From the NCBI GenBank assembly GCA_951406725.2, contig OX597820.1, positions 53,878,001 through 53,942,000 of the forward strand: a DNA stretch of 64,000 bases, given 5' to 3'. Of the stretch, positions 12,978-26,850 are shown piece after piece. Below the pieces are notes generated by a model. It was not told the DNA's origin, searched no databases, and saw nothing but the letters and a program-made list of their open reading frames with translations. The first letter of the stretch is position 1; each line of letters opens with the position of its first letter. Origin of the DNA: Octopus vulgaris. Lineage: Eukaryota. Position numbers and translations under genes: made by a program.

Positions 12978-13068
12978 TATGTATGTATATGTATGTGTAT
13001 CCACTATGGCCGCAGTCCATTGTCTGAGACAAGTAAAAGAATATATACACGTACATAAATATATACAT

Positions 13069-13132
<64 letters not shown>

Positions 13133-13589
13133 TCACTAATGTATAGATAGGTAGAGAGAGAAAGAGAGCGGGGGGAGAGAGAGACACATGAAAGAGAGAG
13201 GGAGATGAGAGAGGGTGAAAATGGTTAAATAGCAGAATACAGAGCAACAGATATATACCTTCATGCACGCATGTATTAATACTGGATGTTAAAAACATTA
13301 TAGCAAAAATAAAAGAAAGTGAATATAATATAAATCTACAAAAAGACAGTAAAAAAACATAATGAAACAGATATAAAAAAAGAACGACCCGAACAAACCA
13401 TTCAGGTGAGAGTTATTTAATTCTACATTAAGAATGAAGAGAAAAAACATTAAAAAATGATAATGTTTTAATCTAAGGGTTTTTTATATTCCTTGTATTT
13501 CCATTTAAAGGATGTTTCTCTGACAAATTTCCAAAGTTTCAAAATACAGAGAAAAAATAGTTTGTTATAACGACATGAAAAATGTTAGA

Positions 13590-13628
<39 letters not shown>

Positions 13629-13699
13629 TAAAAAGTAGAGGATTATGTGTATATTATATATATACATATATGAATGTATGTATATGTATAAGTGTGTAA

Positions 13700-13751
<52 letters not shown>

Positions 13752-13929
13752 ATATACATATAAATATATATATATATATTTATATATATAAATTAGTAAA
13801 ATGTAAGTGATTATGTGTGTATGTGTATATATATGAATGTATGTATATGCATAAGTATATATATACATATGTATATACGCACACACACATATACATATAT
13901 ATATAGACATCTCTCTCTCTCTCTCTCTC

Positions 13930-13977
<48 letters not shown>

Positions 13978-14037
13978 CGCATACACATATATAGATGGAT
14001 ATATGCATATGTATATATATATATATATATGCATATG

Positions 14038-14096
<59 letters not shown>

Positions 14097-14199
14097 TATA
14101 CATGTTTGTTTGTTTGTATGTATATATGTATGTATGTATCTGAGTGTTTCCATGTTGGCATGTATGCATATAAATATAAATAAACACACAAACATACAT

Positions 14200-15520
14200 A
14201 TGTGTAAAAACTACAAGCCAATCTTTCTGACTTCACATATTTGCAATGTTATGGAATGGATCGTCAGAAAGAAACTGACAACGTTCCAAGTAGAAAATGA
14301 CTTATTGAGCGATATACAGCACACATTCCGTCCAGAAAGAAACCCTTACGACACTATAAATGGGTTTTGAAGAGGCTTCTTCACCATTCAGGTGTCAATG
14401 TGATATATCTCGACTCCGCAAAGGCCTTAGATAAGGTAGTCCATTGCATAATGTGTCAAAAACATGCGAGACCTTGGCATAGCTGGTAAACTGGGAGAGT
14501 AGTGATATGACTTCATGAAGGAGAGAAGTCAGATAGTTGTAGTCAATGTTACTGTACCCCCTCTAATGAAGCACAAGTTTTGAGTAGCATCCCCCAGGGA
14601 ACTGCCTTGGCGCCATTACTGTTCATAGCAATTAACTTAGACATGTCCATAGTCACTCAGGTAGCCATTGTCACTTGCTACGCAGATGATACAAAACTAT
14701 CACGGGTCAATGATGAGCCTTTGCGATATCACAAGTTTACAGTGGGACCTAAATGTAATATACGAGTGGACTGAAGAGAACAGCATGCAGCGTACCTCTG
14801 GAAAATTTGGTAAATTTCAAGCACTGCCCTATCACCTCACAAATGAACGATAAGCTGCATATACAGGACCCGAAGTCACCGCAATCCCCGAGTCACTAAC
14901 AGTGAGACTTGCGGATCAGTATGTGTAACGAAGCATCATTTCATATGCACATTGACAACATATGCAGACAACTGGCATGATGGATAATAAGGTCTTTCAA
15001 GACATGAGACCTAAAAGTCATGTTGACTTTGTGGAGGAACCTTGTTCTCCACCGCCTAGACTACTACTCTCAGCTATGATAACTAGATAGCACCAAACTA
15101 ACAGCGAGTTTGAAGAAGCCCAATGTCATTACACTAAAAAGATTGTAAATGTGCAGCAGATTAATTGTAGGTAAAAGTGAAAAACAACGACTTTATTTCT
15201 TGGAGCGAAGATCCGACAGATCCGTAATAATCTACATATGAAAAATTCTGGAAAGGCTAGTATCTAATTTCGGCATTTAGTGTTATACAAATGCCATTGC
15301 ATTGTAGCAAAGGTTGCATTCACCTAACCTCAAGTCATGACCAAGTACTGCAAAAGCGTTGGGTTTAAAGACCCACAGCGCTTCGATGCTCCGCCCCAAA
15401 ATTAAGAAACTTTCACAATGTGGACGTTGATGCAATCCAAGAGGAACTGGACATTCTCCTATCTACAATACTATAAAGCACATATGAGGGCAGCAGTGTC
15501 AAACTCTCTCATACAATAAA
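14200..15520 (+). mobile_element. Decayed CR1/L2-group LINE, RT and 3' region
   Basis: [50 protein letters not shown] and YADDTKL occur in order, with many disruptions. Clade and 3' end are approximate. Confidence 0.8.
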
Positions 15521-15718
15521 TAGGCCACCAACTAAGGGAAAAAGCACATGAAGGAGTGGTGATATGAAATCTCACTACTCTGAAGATAGCATCCAAAGAA
15601 CAAAGATGTGCAAGAGTAAAAATCACGGAGGTGCTCCATCATCATCGCAACCACATGACTGTGACGAATAAAAGAATAAGAGTATATATATATATATATT
15701 GGCAGACAGGCAGAGAGG

Positions 15719-15810
<92 letters not shown>

Positions 15811-16669
15811 ATACATGTACTATTAGTAAAAAACCTAAAGTTTTTACGAATAAAGAAGGCACCACACATTTGAGACTGTTATTTTTTATTACGAAGTTTA
15901 CTTAGCACTTTAAGGAACTCCAAAGATGCTTCCCGATTCATCAGAATTTTGGATGAAACTTTGAGACGAGGCTGGAAGAGTTCACCTGTAAAAATGAAAA
16001 GTGTGAGATTGTGTGTGCATGTCTGTATGTTGTTTATTTGAAGACATGGTAACACTATTGTTTCATCCTAGTGTTTGTTTCCGATTTATTTCCTCTTTTC
16101 ATAACCTAGTGTTCTAAATCACTAATAGACCAGTCTTAATCAAACAGTGATCTACGAAAGAGATTTAACTGCCGTTGCTACCAGGGCATTTGAGCAATCT
16201 TGTAGAGGCTGCTTCATTAACTCCAAGATATTTAAAGTCAACAAGGAACAGAACATATTCTGTCACTATTATTTGACACATTTTAATGTGACAAACATGT
16301 GGAAATAAACCTCCGTTCAATCATCCTTTACGTTTCAATGCAATAATAATGTACGATAGTATCACATACGATGATTACTTCCAAGTTTAACTGTTATAAT
16401 TTTAAAAAAACTATTTGTATTTTATATATCGTGCATATGTGAATAATAGCTTCATTGGGCATTTAGTAAGAGGCTCATTGCATTCCAGATGGTGAAAGTA
16501 AAAACGCATGTATCATATAAATAGTTACATATACGTATGGGTGTATGTGAATGTGAACGAATGTGTTTGTGCGTGCGTGTATACGTCTGAGTACGCGTAT
16601 ATGTACGCGTGTTAGTGTGTGTGTATGTGTATGTGTGCGTGTATGTGTGTGTTTGCGTGCGTACTTGTG

Positions 16670-17080
16670 CTTAGGCTGTATGGTATTTTTGCCAACCTTA
16701 TGGCTCCGGTTTCAGCCCCACTGCGTACCGAGTTGGGCAAATGCTTTCTATCATTGTCCAAGACCGACTAAAGTCTTATGAATGAATCTGATAGACGGCA
16801 AATAGAAGAGCCTAACTTACATATATACATGTGTGTGTGTGTGTGTAAGTGTGTGTGTATGTAAGTGTGTGTGTATGTGTGTCTGTGCTTTCTCCCACCA
16901 TCGCTAGACAGTGGACGCTGGTTTGTTTATGTCCCCGTACTTAGCGGTTCAGCAAAAGGCTCCGACAGAATAAGTACCAGGCTTTAACATACAGGTACTG
17001 GGATCGTTTCGCTCGACCAAACCCTTCAAGGCGATGCGACAGCATGGCCCCAGCTAAGTGTCTGAAAGGAGTTAAAGAAA
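16670..17080 (+). mobile_element. SINE family A, diverged near-complete copy
   Basis: Similar to 38122-38496, with a central (TG)n tract. Confidence 0.75.
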
Positions 17081-17231
17081 AGAGATATATAGAGAGTGAG
17101 TGAGTGAGAAAGAAAGAGGAAGAGTGAGAGAGGGAAAGAACAAAGACACAGATAAACAGACAGACATACAGGCAGACACACATACATACATACCTACCTA
17201 CCCAGATACATACATACATACATACATACAT

Positions 17232-17271
<40 letters not shown>

Positions 17272-19388
17272 ACATACATACATACATACATACATACATA
17301 CATACATACATACATACATACATACATACATACATACATACATACATACATACATACGAATGCATATGTAAAACTTTAACAAAACGAGTGTTAAAATTTC
17401 AAACTAGAAATATGAGGCTATAGAAATAGCAAAGAAATTAAAGGAAGTTACAGCGACCTGTACAAACCCCATAGGTGACAGTTATTTATTTCTATATTAA
17501 GATTGAAAGTAAGAAATTTCTTAAAATATAAATTTTTTAAAGATTTTCTTTCTAGGTTTTCTTATTTTTTTGCTAGATTTCTTTGACAGAAAGTTAGTGA
17601 CAAATTTAGCATCTGTCAAACATTAGGTGAAATTTTACTTTCCTATAGTGTGAGACCTGAATCAAAAACTTATGATAAAGTCTCACATACACACACACAT
17701 ACATACACACACAGAGAAGTATATGTGAGTATGTATTTATGTGTGTGACTGTATGTATGTATAAAATTTATATGTATGTATGCATATACGTATTCGATTT
17801 TATTTCTTTTGAATATTTACGTGAGCTGAACACAAAATATGTTTATATATTTCACAAAAAAGAAGTTTTCCGTAGATAATTTTTGCTTTCATAGAGTTAC
17901 AGGTCAAAGCAAATATAAGACGTTCCAGTTATGACCATCTCGTCTTTTTTTCTTTTTCTTTTTACTGACGCAGTCTTTATAAGTCTATTTAATTCATTTC
18001 GTAATCTCATTTTGAAAGTGAGATTTAGACGATATTTACAACTGAAACTTTAAACAAAATCCACTCATTGATTGCTTGCGTTCATTTTGATACATCAGTA
18101 GGTGAGATTTGATTCTAATACCCTCTACATTAAGGATTGATGGCTATGCTTCTGTATTAGAAATGTCTGATTTGGCACAGATGTGCACATTTAGGCTATC
18201 AGAGAGGATAGCACACTAATCCGTGATGAAGGTAACTAACCTAGCACTTGGAGAACTTGGAGAAAAAGACTGGTGTACGTCCTTCATTGAAATTCTGGCA
18301 AACATTTGCGATAACTTTCTGCTATCCGGATTTCCGAAAAGTGTGGCTAGACCTACACAAGCGCATTTTTGTGGATAGACGTAACAAGGCCAACACCGAT
18401 GGTCTAGCGGTGGTGGGGGAGAAATACGGACACAAAGATACATACACATGTGCACACGCACATATACACACCCATATACAGGTATATACGACGAGCTTCT
18501 TTCAGTTACCGTCCAAGTGCTGTTAGATCATGGGAACTCAATAAAGCCATCCATACAGTTCACAATGGAAAAGGAAAAAGACAATCAGCTGGCATTCCTG
18601 GTCGTATTAATAACACGCACCAAATATGGATTCAGGACATCCGTGTACCGCAAGCTGACCTTTACTGGATGATACCTCAACTTCAATTCCCACCGTCCAT
18701 ACAGTGTAAAGAAAGGGATTGCTCAGTGCCTAAAACATTGTGCAAAGAATATAAGTAGCGATTGTGATACACACCATGAAGAAATGATCAAGTTCAATAA
18801 CGATCTGTTAAGCAACAACTACCCCAAAAATATACTATCCACTCCAATTATGAAGAAGAGAGAGGATGAGGCCAATAAACAGTCCACAGTCTGCCTACCC
18901 TATGTGAAAGGCCCCTCCGAAAAGATACAAAAGATATGCGGCCTATATGACATCAGGACAGTATTCAACAAAATATCTCATTCGGGTAAAACCAGTAATA
19001 GAAGAGAATATGACCAAAGGCTGTGTGTGCTCCATCCCATGCAGCTGTGGTAGGTTATACAAAGGCGAAACATGCCGCCCCCTCAAAATAAGGGTAGACG
19101 AACATCGCAAAGCTGTGACACGAGGAGATATTGATAAATCGGGTATAGCTGATCATGTATGGAGAAGTGGGGACCACCTCCCACCCCACTGTGGGAAGAA
19201 GTTAAAATAATAGACAGAAAACACCACTGGAAAATACGAAAACTAAAAGAAGCAGCATATATGCTAGGACACAACAACCTCCTAAGCAGACCGAGTGCAG
19301 ATATGAGCAGCATATAGGAACCGGTATAAAAGAAGGATAGAAAATTATTAGATTTACAAGCCCTAAAATTCACTCCATAATTGTCCAT

Positions 19389-19462
19389 GGGCATATGACA
19401 TAGTGGTTAAGAGCGCGGACTACTAACCCCAAGATTCCGAGTTCGATTCCAGGCAGTGACCT
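19389..19462 (+). other. tRNA-derived segment with Pol III A and B boxes at the PLE 3' end
   Basis: A box-like TGACATAGTGG (19396-19406) and B box-like AGTTCGATTCC (19440-19450). No proper acceptor stem, so not a functional tRNA. Confidence 0.7.
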
Positions 19463-19563
19463 GAATAATTGTGATATTAATAACAAAAATAATAATAATA
19501 ATAACAACAACAACATCAAAAAATACCTTAGGAATGAGAACCCAGGTTCGAAATTTCTCCAAG

Positions 19564-19607
19564 ACACCTGATGTAGGTTTGAGGGTATATCAGCAGAAAC
19601 GTTGTGT
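19564..19607 (+). ncRNA. Minimal type I hammerhead ribozyme motif (degenerate)
   Basis: ACAC-CTGATGT-[stem II remnant]-GAAA-CG-TT-GTGT; stem I ACAC/GTGT pairs perfectly and there is one core substitution (A9). Confidence 0.65.
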
Positions 19608-19909
19608 TGACAACAAACAAGATGAGGACAAATATCCGTTGAATGTAAATAATTTAAATAATGCACTGGCTGACTATGTTGTTTTACCGGCATTTGCTTT
19701 ATTGTAATTGACTTACACTATATATTGGATTATATATATATAGATGTGTGTGTGTGTGTGTTTGGGTCTTAGAGCAAAATTTGGTGAAGAGTGCATTTCA
19801 ATAAATGAATCCACACTTTTTTTATACATTGAGCACTTCGTCGTAAATTGTAGTTTTCATCCATTTATTTTTAAACGGAAATATACGTGAATTATGTATG
19901 CGTGTGTTG

Positions 19910-19953
<44 letters not shown>

Positions 19954-20561
19954 ATATATAAATGTATATATATATATGTACTTTCATAAATATATTTATA
20001 AATACATTTAAATTTATATGTTCATACATTCATGCGCATATATATATATATATATATATACACATACACATACACATACATAAATACATCTAAATATATA
20101 TGTTCATACATTCATGTATACATACATATATGTGTGTGTGTCTATGTATGTGTGTCTGTGTCTATGTATGTGTGCCTGTGTATGTATATGTATGTATGTA
20201 TGTATGTATGTAATCATGCATATATCCGCATACATAAAACTGAGGACTCGGATATTTCCATCGTAATACTATAATATCCAATTACTAAGAGCACCGTTGC
20301 ACTTAATAACGTGGATAGTGTTCAATTCTTGATCGATTTTAACAGTTTAATTCGCTTAAATCACTTGGCCAATTGTGAAGTACATCTTTAGTTTCTCATT
20401 TTCAAATTGTATTGCTTTTATTTTATTTATTGTATTTATTTGTTCCCCAAAATTATTTTATATATATATTTTTTTCATAACTTGCTATCGTTCCTACTCT
20501 CTTTATTAATCACTATTATTAATAAGAAAATAAATCATCTTCATCATCATCATCGTAGTCG

Positions 20562-20612
<51 letters not shown>

Positions 20613-20782
20613 CCATTAATCATTTTATAATATTTATCCTCTCATCATCATCATCATAATGGTTGCGGTGAATGTATTTGTCATATTCGTTGTGGTGCTG
20701 GTCTTAGTGCTTATTGGAGTAATGGTGGTGGTGGTGAGTCTGTGGCCACTGCTTTTGTTGTTGTTGCTGATAATGATGATAG

Positions 20783-20862
<80 letters not shown>

Positions 20863-21275
20863 GGAATGATGGTCACTGAGCGTCACTGTCCTTATCGCTG
20901 TCATTATCGCTACTGTTGTTGTCGCTGTCAACGTAGTCATTATCATCGTCGTCATCGTCATCATCATCATCATCGTGACCGTGGTCATCATGAACACCAT
21001 CAGCAGCATCGACATCAACAACATCGTCGTTATCGTCATCGTCGTCATCACCATCATCATCATCATCATCATCAACACAACCACCACCACCATTACAATT
21101 ACAACCATCAAGGCCACCGTCAGCACCAACAACAACACTATCTTTATCATTATAATCATCAGTATCATCATAAATAACAGCAGCACCGTCACTATCACCA
21201 TCACCATCACCATCATCGTCTTCGACATCATTATTCCCACAATAATCACTTTCTCTCCCTTCAAATTACTTTATT

Positions 21276-21321
<46 letters not shown>

Positions 21322-21356
21322 TAACAATAACAATAATAATAATAATAATAATAATA

Positions 21357-21414
<58 letters not shown>

Positions 21415-21474
21415 TTATTATCATTATTATTGTTATTATTATTATTATCATTATTATTATTATTATTATTATTA

Positions 21475-21517
<43 letters not shown>

Positions 21518-21545
21518 CATAATTATTATTATCATTATTAACATA

Positions 21546-21602
<57 letters not shown>

Positions 21603-21906
21603 GCTATTAGTATTATTATTACTATTATTATTATTATTATCATCATTATTATTGTTGTTGATGTTGTTGAGGTTGTGGGTATTATCATTATTGTCACCAT
21701 TTGCCACCTTCTCACCAAAATCTCTGTTCTCATCAATATTTCATACAATTGCAATTCTCATTCTGTATCATTAATGCTATTATTTCTGTTTCTGTTGTTG
21801 TGGTTCTTTATTCTATTATTGTAAATGTTGCTGTTGTTATCGCAATCGTCATCATCAGCAGCTGCAGCGATAGAATCCTTAATAAATTATTGTTGTTGTT
21901 GTTATT

Positions 21907-22312
21907 AAGGCAGCGAGCTGGAAGAAACGTTAGCACGCCGGGCGAAATACTTAGCGGTATTTCGCCTGCCACTACGTTCTGAGTTCAAATTCCACCGAGG
22001 TCGACTTTGCCTTTCATCCTTTCGGGGTCGATTAAATAAGTACCAGTTACGCATTGGGATCAATATAATTGACTTAATCCGTTTGTCTCTCCTTGTTTGT
22101 CCTCTCTGTGTTTAGCCCCTTGTGGGTAGTAAAGAAATAGGTATTTAGTCCGTCGCTACGTTTCGAGTTCAAATTCCGTCGAGGTCGACTTTGCCTTTCA
22201 TCCTTTCGGTGTCCTTAAAGTAAGTACCAGTGAAACAAAAGTTCGATGTAATCGCCAAGTCCTTTCCCCCTAAAATTTCAGGCCTTATGCCTTTAGTAGA
22301 AATGATTATTTT
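21907..22312 (+). mobile_element. SINE family B dimer (first unit with the Tx1-like tail, second with the alternative tail)
   Basis: Two GAGTTCAAATTCC..GAGGTCGACTTTGCCTTTCATCCTTTCGG cores. Confidence 0.85.
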
Positions 22313-22317
22313 TATTA

Positions 22318-22718
22318 TTATTTTATGTTTGACTTTTGCTTTACATTTGTACAAGATGGATCAATGTCTCGCCCAGAGACCTCAAGAGACAACAAGTTGG
22401 AAGTTCATGCTGGTGTTATGCCTAGGGTGCCATATATTTGGTTTTGTACATAGTGTTGTTCTAGAGAATGTTTATGAAACAATAAAAAATTTATGTTTGT
22501 TTTAAAACTTGAGATTACATAGAAAGTATTTTGCGTAGGATATGGGCAGTTCCCATGAGTACTATCTTTTGAATTTCTGCCATTTTGAGGTTTCCTGGTA
22601 TCTGAGCTAGGTAGTAATCAGCCCCTTTTGCTATCATTCACAGGGAACCTATGACAATAGGTATTGTTTTAGTTTTCGGGTTCCACATTTTTCTAATTTC
22701 TATTTCTAGATCTTTAGA
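22318..22718 (-). mobile_element. R4/Dong-like 3' fragment
   Basis: KDLEIEIRKMWNPKTKTIPIVIGSL..EIQKIVLMGTAHILRKILSM*, then a 3'UTR ending in AATAATAATAA. Confidence 0.85.
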
Positions 22719-22760
22719 TCGTCAGTCTCTATCGGACATGCTCAGATTTTTTTTATTATA

Positions 22761-22809
<49 letters not shown>

Positions 22810-22980
22810 GCTGGCAGAATCGTTAGCGGCATTTCGTCTGTCGCTACGTACTGAGTTCAAATTCCGCCGAGGTTGACTTTGCCTTTCATCATCTTGGAGT
22901 CGATAAAATAAGTACCAGTTAAGTCTAATCGACTTACCCCTCCCGCGAACTGGGTAGCCTTCTGCCAAATTTCAAAGTCA
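22810..22980 (+). mobile_element. SINE family B monomer
   Basis: Same core as the other family B copies, with the alternative tail. Confidence 0.8.
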
Positions 22981-23025
22981 TTATTATCATTGGTGATTTA
23001 ATTTGTAGTAGTAGCGACATCAGCT

Positions 23026-23084
<59 letters not shown>

Positions 23085-23112
23085 GGTGGTGGTGGTGGTG
23101 GTGGTGGTGATG

Positions 23113-23191
<79 letters not shown>

Positions 23192-23811
23192 TAGTAGTAG
23201 TAGCTGCAGCAGTAGTAGTAGTAGTAGAATGATCATCTTGTTCTTCATGATCATCATTATTACAACGTGGGATTCGATCTCATTCTATTACTCTTGGATA
23301 TTTCATAATGCAAGAATTGTCGCTAGGTGCCGCTACTTATCAAAAAACTGTTGGCCTCTCGTCTGTCGATAGTTTCTCTTAATGGAATTGTGTCTCAAAC
23401 AACCACTAAGGTATCCATTTATGTGTGCATGACTGAGCATGTAATATTGCGTACATATATAAGAATCTATACGTGTGTGTATATATATATATGTGTGTGT
23501 GTGTGTATACGTATATATATATATAAATATAAACACACACATTCATATTGAATGTGTATGTGTGTTTATGTGTACATTTATACGTATGTTTACATGTATG
23601 CACGCATATATATACATATATATATATGAGTATATATATATGAGTACTAGATGCGTGTGAGTGCGTGCGTGTAAGTGTAAGTGTAAATACATGTGGCTAT
23701 GCGAATGTGATTCTGTGTAGTGTAAAATATAAAAATATTTAAATGAAGACAGACATTTTGAAAGAAAAGGAAAGGTTAGATGGGGAGAGATGGGGAAGTA
23801 AAGAGAGAGGT

Positions 23812-23864
<53 letters not shown>

Positions 23865-24205
23865 CAGAGACAGACAGACAGTTAGACAGACAGACAAAGG
23901 CAGGTATAGAAAGATAAGCGGGAGAGAAAGAGAAAAACCGTGAAGAAAACTAGAAACGTTAAGAAATGAAGAAGACCTAGCAGCAGCCGGAGTAAGTGGG
24001 GAATTTAGCTGGAAAAATCGATAAACGTCGCATGAAGTAGGAAAATGGCGGGCAACCCAATCGATAAAGTGGAAGGTTGGTGTTAATGACGGTGGCCATT
24101 GCTGGGAGAAAGTATCACTTGGAACATTCACCGACTTGATGCATGTGTGTGTGTTTGTGGTGTGCGTGTGTGTGAGGGGTGAGTGTGCGTGTGTGTATGT
24201 ACGCG

Positions 24206-24291
<86 letters not shown>

Positions 24292-25269
24292 CATACATAC
24301 ATACATACATACATACATACATACATACATACATAAATACATACTTGCATACATACAAACATACATACATATATAAAAAGAAAGCCAGGAGGATTAAGAG
24401 GCGATTACACATCAATTTATCCACGAGACGTCCTTCGGATTACGGCCGTTTCGCAACCTTCTTCTCGTAGTATTAATTTCAGTATGCTAAAAATTATGCA
24501 TGGACATTTTCATTAATACGTATGCTCAGCATTATACAACGCATGTGCATATTCACAAATTAATGCTAATAAAGAAAACTAGCTTATTAAATTACTAGAA
24601 GTGAAGACGTACCCGTCCAATCTGGTGGTCTCGTAGCTAGAATAGTAGGAAATTATCTCCCCGCTTGCAACATATATCGAGTGCGAAGCGCACTAAATAA
24701 CCTGCTGGAGGAGGTGTTTTCCTGGGGTTGAAATAGCAGCATCGTCTGTTCTTATAGAACACCCATGTTTAGGTGGCGATAAACATTTCTTCTCAGTATA
24801 GATAGTGCTTTTGTCTCGATTATAGAGATTTTCTTAACGAGCTAGTTTGCTTGTTGCATATAGAAAAACATATATATATATATATATAAATAATATATAA
24901 TTATATATATTTATATATACCCAAATGTATGCGTGTATGTGTGTGTGTGAATGAATATACGTTGTTTAACTCGTTAAATAAAATTAAAATTAACTTAATT
25001 ATATTTGCCTGTTTCTTCTGGATATAAATTTGTAAGTATTTTTTTTTTAATGACTCTGAAACCCTCGCTCTCCATTATTTGTTCCGATTCATTGTATTCA
25101 GTTTAAAATTAAATGCATGATTATATGATACTTTCCTGGATATCTGAATGTCTGATAAACTTATATTAGTCGGATCAGCAATACACCACGTTGATATGTT
25201 TGATAAATATTAATTAGTGTACAAATATAGACTTATTCTGATTTCCCTGTACTTAGCACAAAAGAATAG

Positions 25270-25348
25270 TACCATATTTACTTGTGTATAAATCGCACTA
25301 CTTTATACTTGATTTAATTTGACAAATCTGTGGTGCGATTTATACACA
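25270..25348. mobile_element. Remnant end of a pogo/Tc2-like DNA transposon or MITE
   Basis: TACCATATTTACTTGTGTATAAATCGCAC followed by its internal inverse GTGCGATTTATACACA (16-bp perfect inverted repeat). No partner end found. Confidence 0.5.
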
Positions 25349-25602
25349 GGACAAAGCTAAAACTATGAAGGGAAGATTTTTGTACCAAGATTTACCACTG
25401 AATTAGAGGTACGACTTTTCCACGAGTAACTATAGTATGTTTTACAATGACTTTTATAAGTAATATACCCCGAGATAAAATTAGATGAATGGTGCAAACA
25501 AATAACAAACCAGATCAGTATTGGACTTCGTAAAAAGAATGACTTCCGGTATTTATTCCGGCTCTTGGGCAAAATTTGAAATCAATATTGTTATTACGTT
25601 TA

Positions 25603-26850
25603 AGGCGCTGAACTGGCAGAAACGTTACCACGCTGGGCGAAATGCTTAGCGGTATTTCGTCTATCGCACTGGGGTCGATATTATCGACTTAATCCGTTTG
25701 TCTGTCCTTATTTGTCCTCTTTGTGTTTAGTCCTTTGTGAGTAGTAAAGAAATAGGTATTTCGTCTGGCGCTAGGTTCTGAGTTCAAATTCCGCCGAGGT
25801 CGACTTTGTCTTTCATCCTTTCGGGGTCAATTAAATAAGTACCAGTTACGCACTGGGGTCGATATAATCGAACTAATCCGTTTGACTGTCCTTGTTTGTC
25901 CCCTCTGTGTGTAGCCCCTTCTGAGCAATAAAGAAATAAGAAACGTTAGCGCGCCGGGCCAAATGCTTAACAGTGTTTCATCTGCCACTACGTTCTGAGT
26001 TTAAATTCCACAGAGGTCGACTTTGCCTTTCATCCTTCCGGGGTCGATTAAATAAATACCAGTTACGCACTGGGGTCGATACAATCGACTTAATCCGTTT
26101 GTCTGTCCTTGGTTGTCCTCTATGTGTTTAGTCCCTTGTGGGTAGTAAAGAAAAAAGGTATTTCGTCTGGCGCTAGGTTCTGAGTTCAAATTCCGCCGAG
26201 GTCGACTTTGCCTTTCATCCTTTCGGGGTCGATTAAATAAGTACCAGTTAGGCACTGATGTCGATGTAATCGACTTAATCCGTTTGTCTGTCCTTGTTTG
26301 TCCTCTATGTGTTTAGTCCCTTGTGGGTAGTAAAGAAAAAGGTATTTCGTCTGTCTTTACGTTCTGAGTTCAAATTCTACCGAGGTGGACTTTGCCTTTC
26401 ATCCTTTTGGGGTGGATAAATTAAGTACCAGTTGCGTACTGGGGTCGATCTAATCGACTGGCCCCTTCCCCAAAAATTTCGCAGCTTGTTCCTAGAGGAG
26501 AAAAGAATATTGTTATTGGGAGAAATACTTAGGAGCATTCCGCCCGTCTTTGCGTTCAAATTCCGCCGGAATTACGAGGCCAATGAAATAAGTACCAGTT
26601 AAAAACTGGGGTCTATGTACTTAACTATCCCCATTCCCAGACCTTGCTGGGTTTGGGCCAAAATTTCAACTCAGTAGTTATTGCGTTTAAGACGGCGAGC
26701 TAACAGAATAAATAGCACACCAGGAGAAATGCTTAACGGAGTTTCGTTTGTTTTTACATCCTGAGTTCTAATTCCGCCGGAGCCAACTTTATATTTCATC
26801 GCTTTGCGGTCGATAAAATAAGTGCTTAATCGGGTACTGCCAAAATTTGA
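25603..26850 (+). mobile_element. SINE family B tandem array with adjacent diverged copies
   Basis: About five head-to-tail units at 25603-26510, plus two degraded copies. Confidence 0.9.

Larger units (their letters stand above)
18520..19660 (+). mobile_element. Second Penelope-like element (Penelope/Poseidon-type GIY-YIG), 5'-truncated and decayed
   Basis: NSIKPSIQFTMEKEKDNQLAFL..SVYRKLTFTG, LPYVKGPSEKIQKI, and GCVCSIPCSCGRLYKGETCRPLKIRVDEHRKAV..SGIADHVW. It abuts a truncated minus-strand SINE A at ~18380-18518. Confidence 0.88.

Noticed and set aside
20634-21754. His-, Met-, Ile- and Asn-rich ORFs of 140-190 aa
   Set aside because: Overlapping frames on both strands of (CAT)n and (AAT)n tracts; composition alone explains the open frames.
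25603-26510. CRISPR-like regular repeats
   Set aside because: The whole 184-bp unit repeats with no unique spacers; it is a SINE multimer in eukaryotic DNA.
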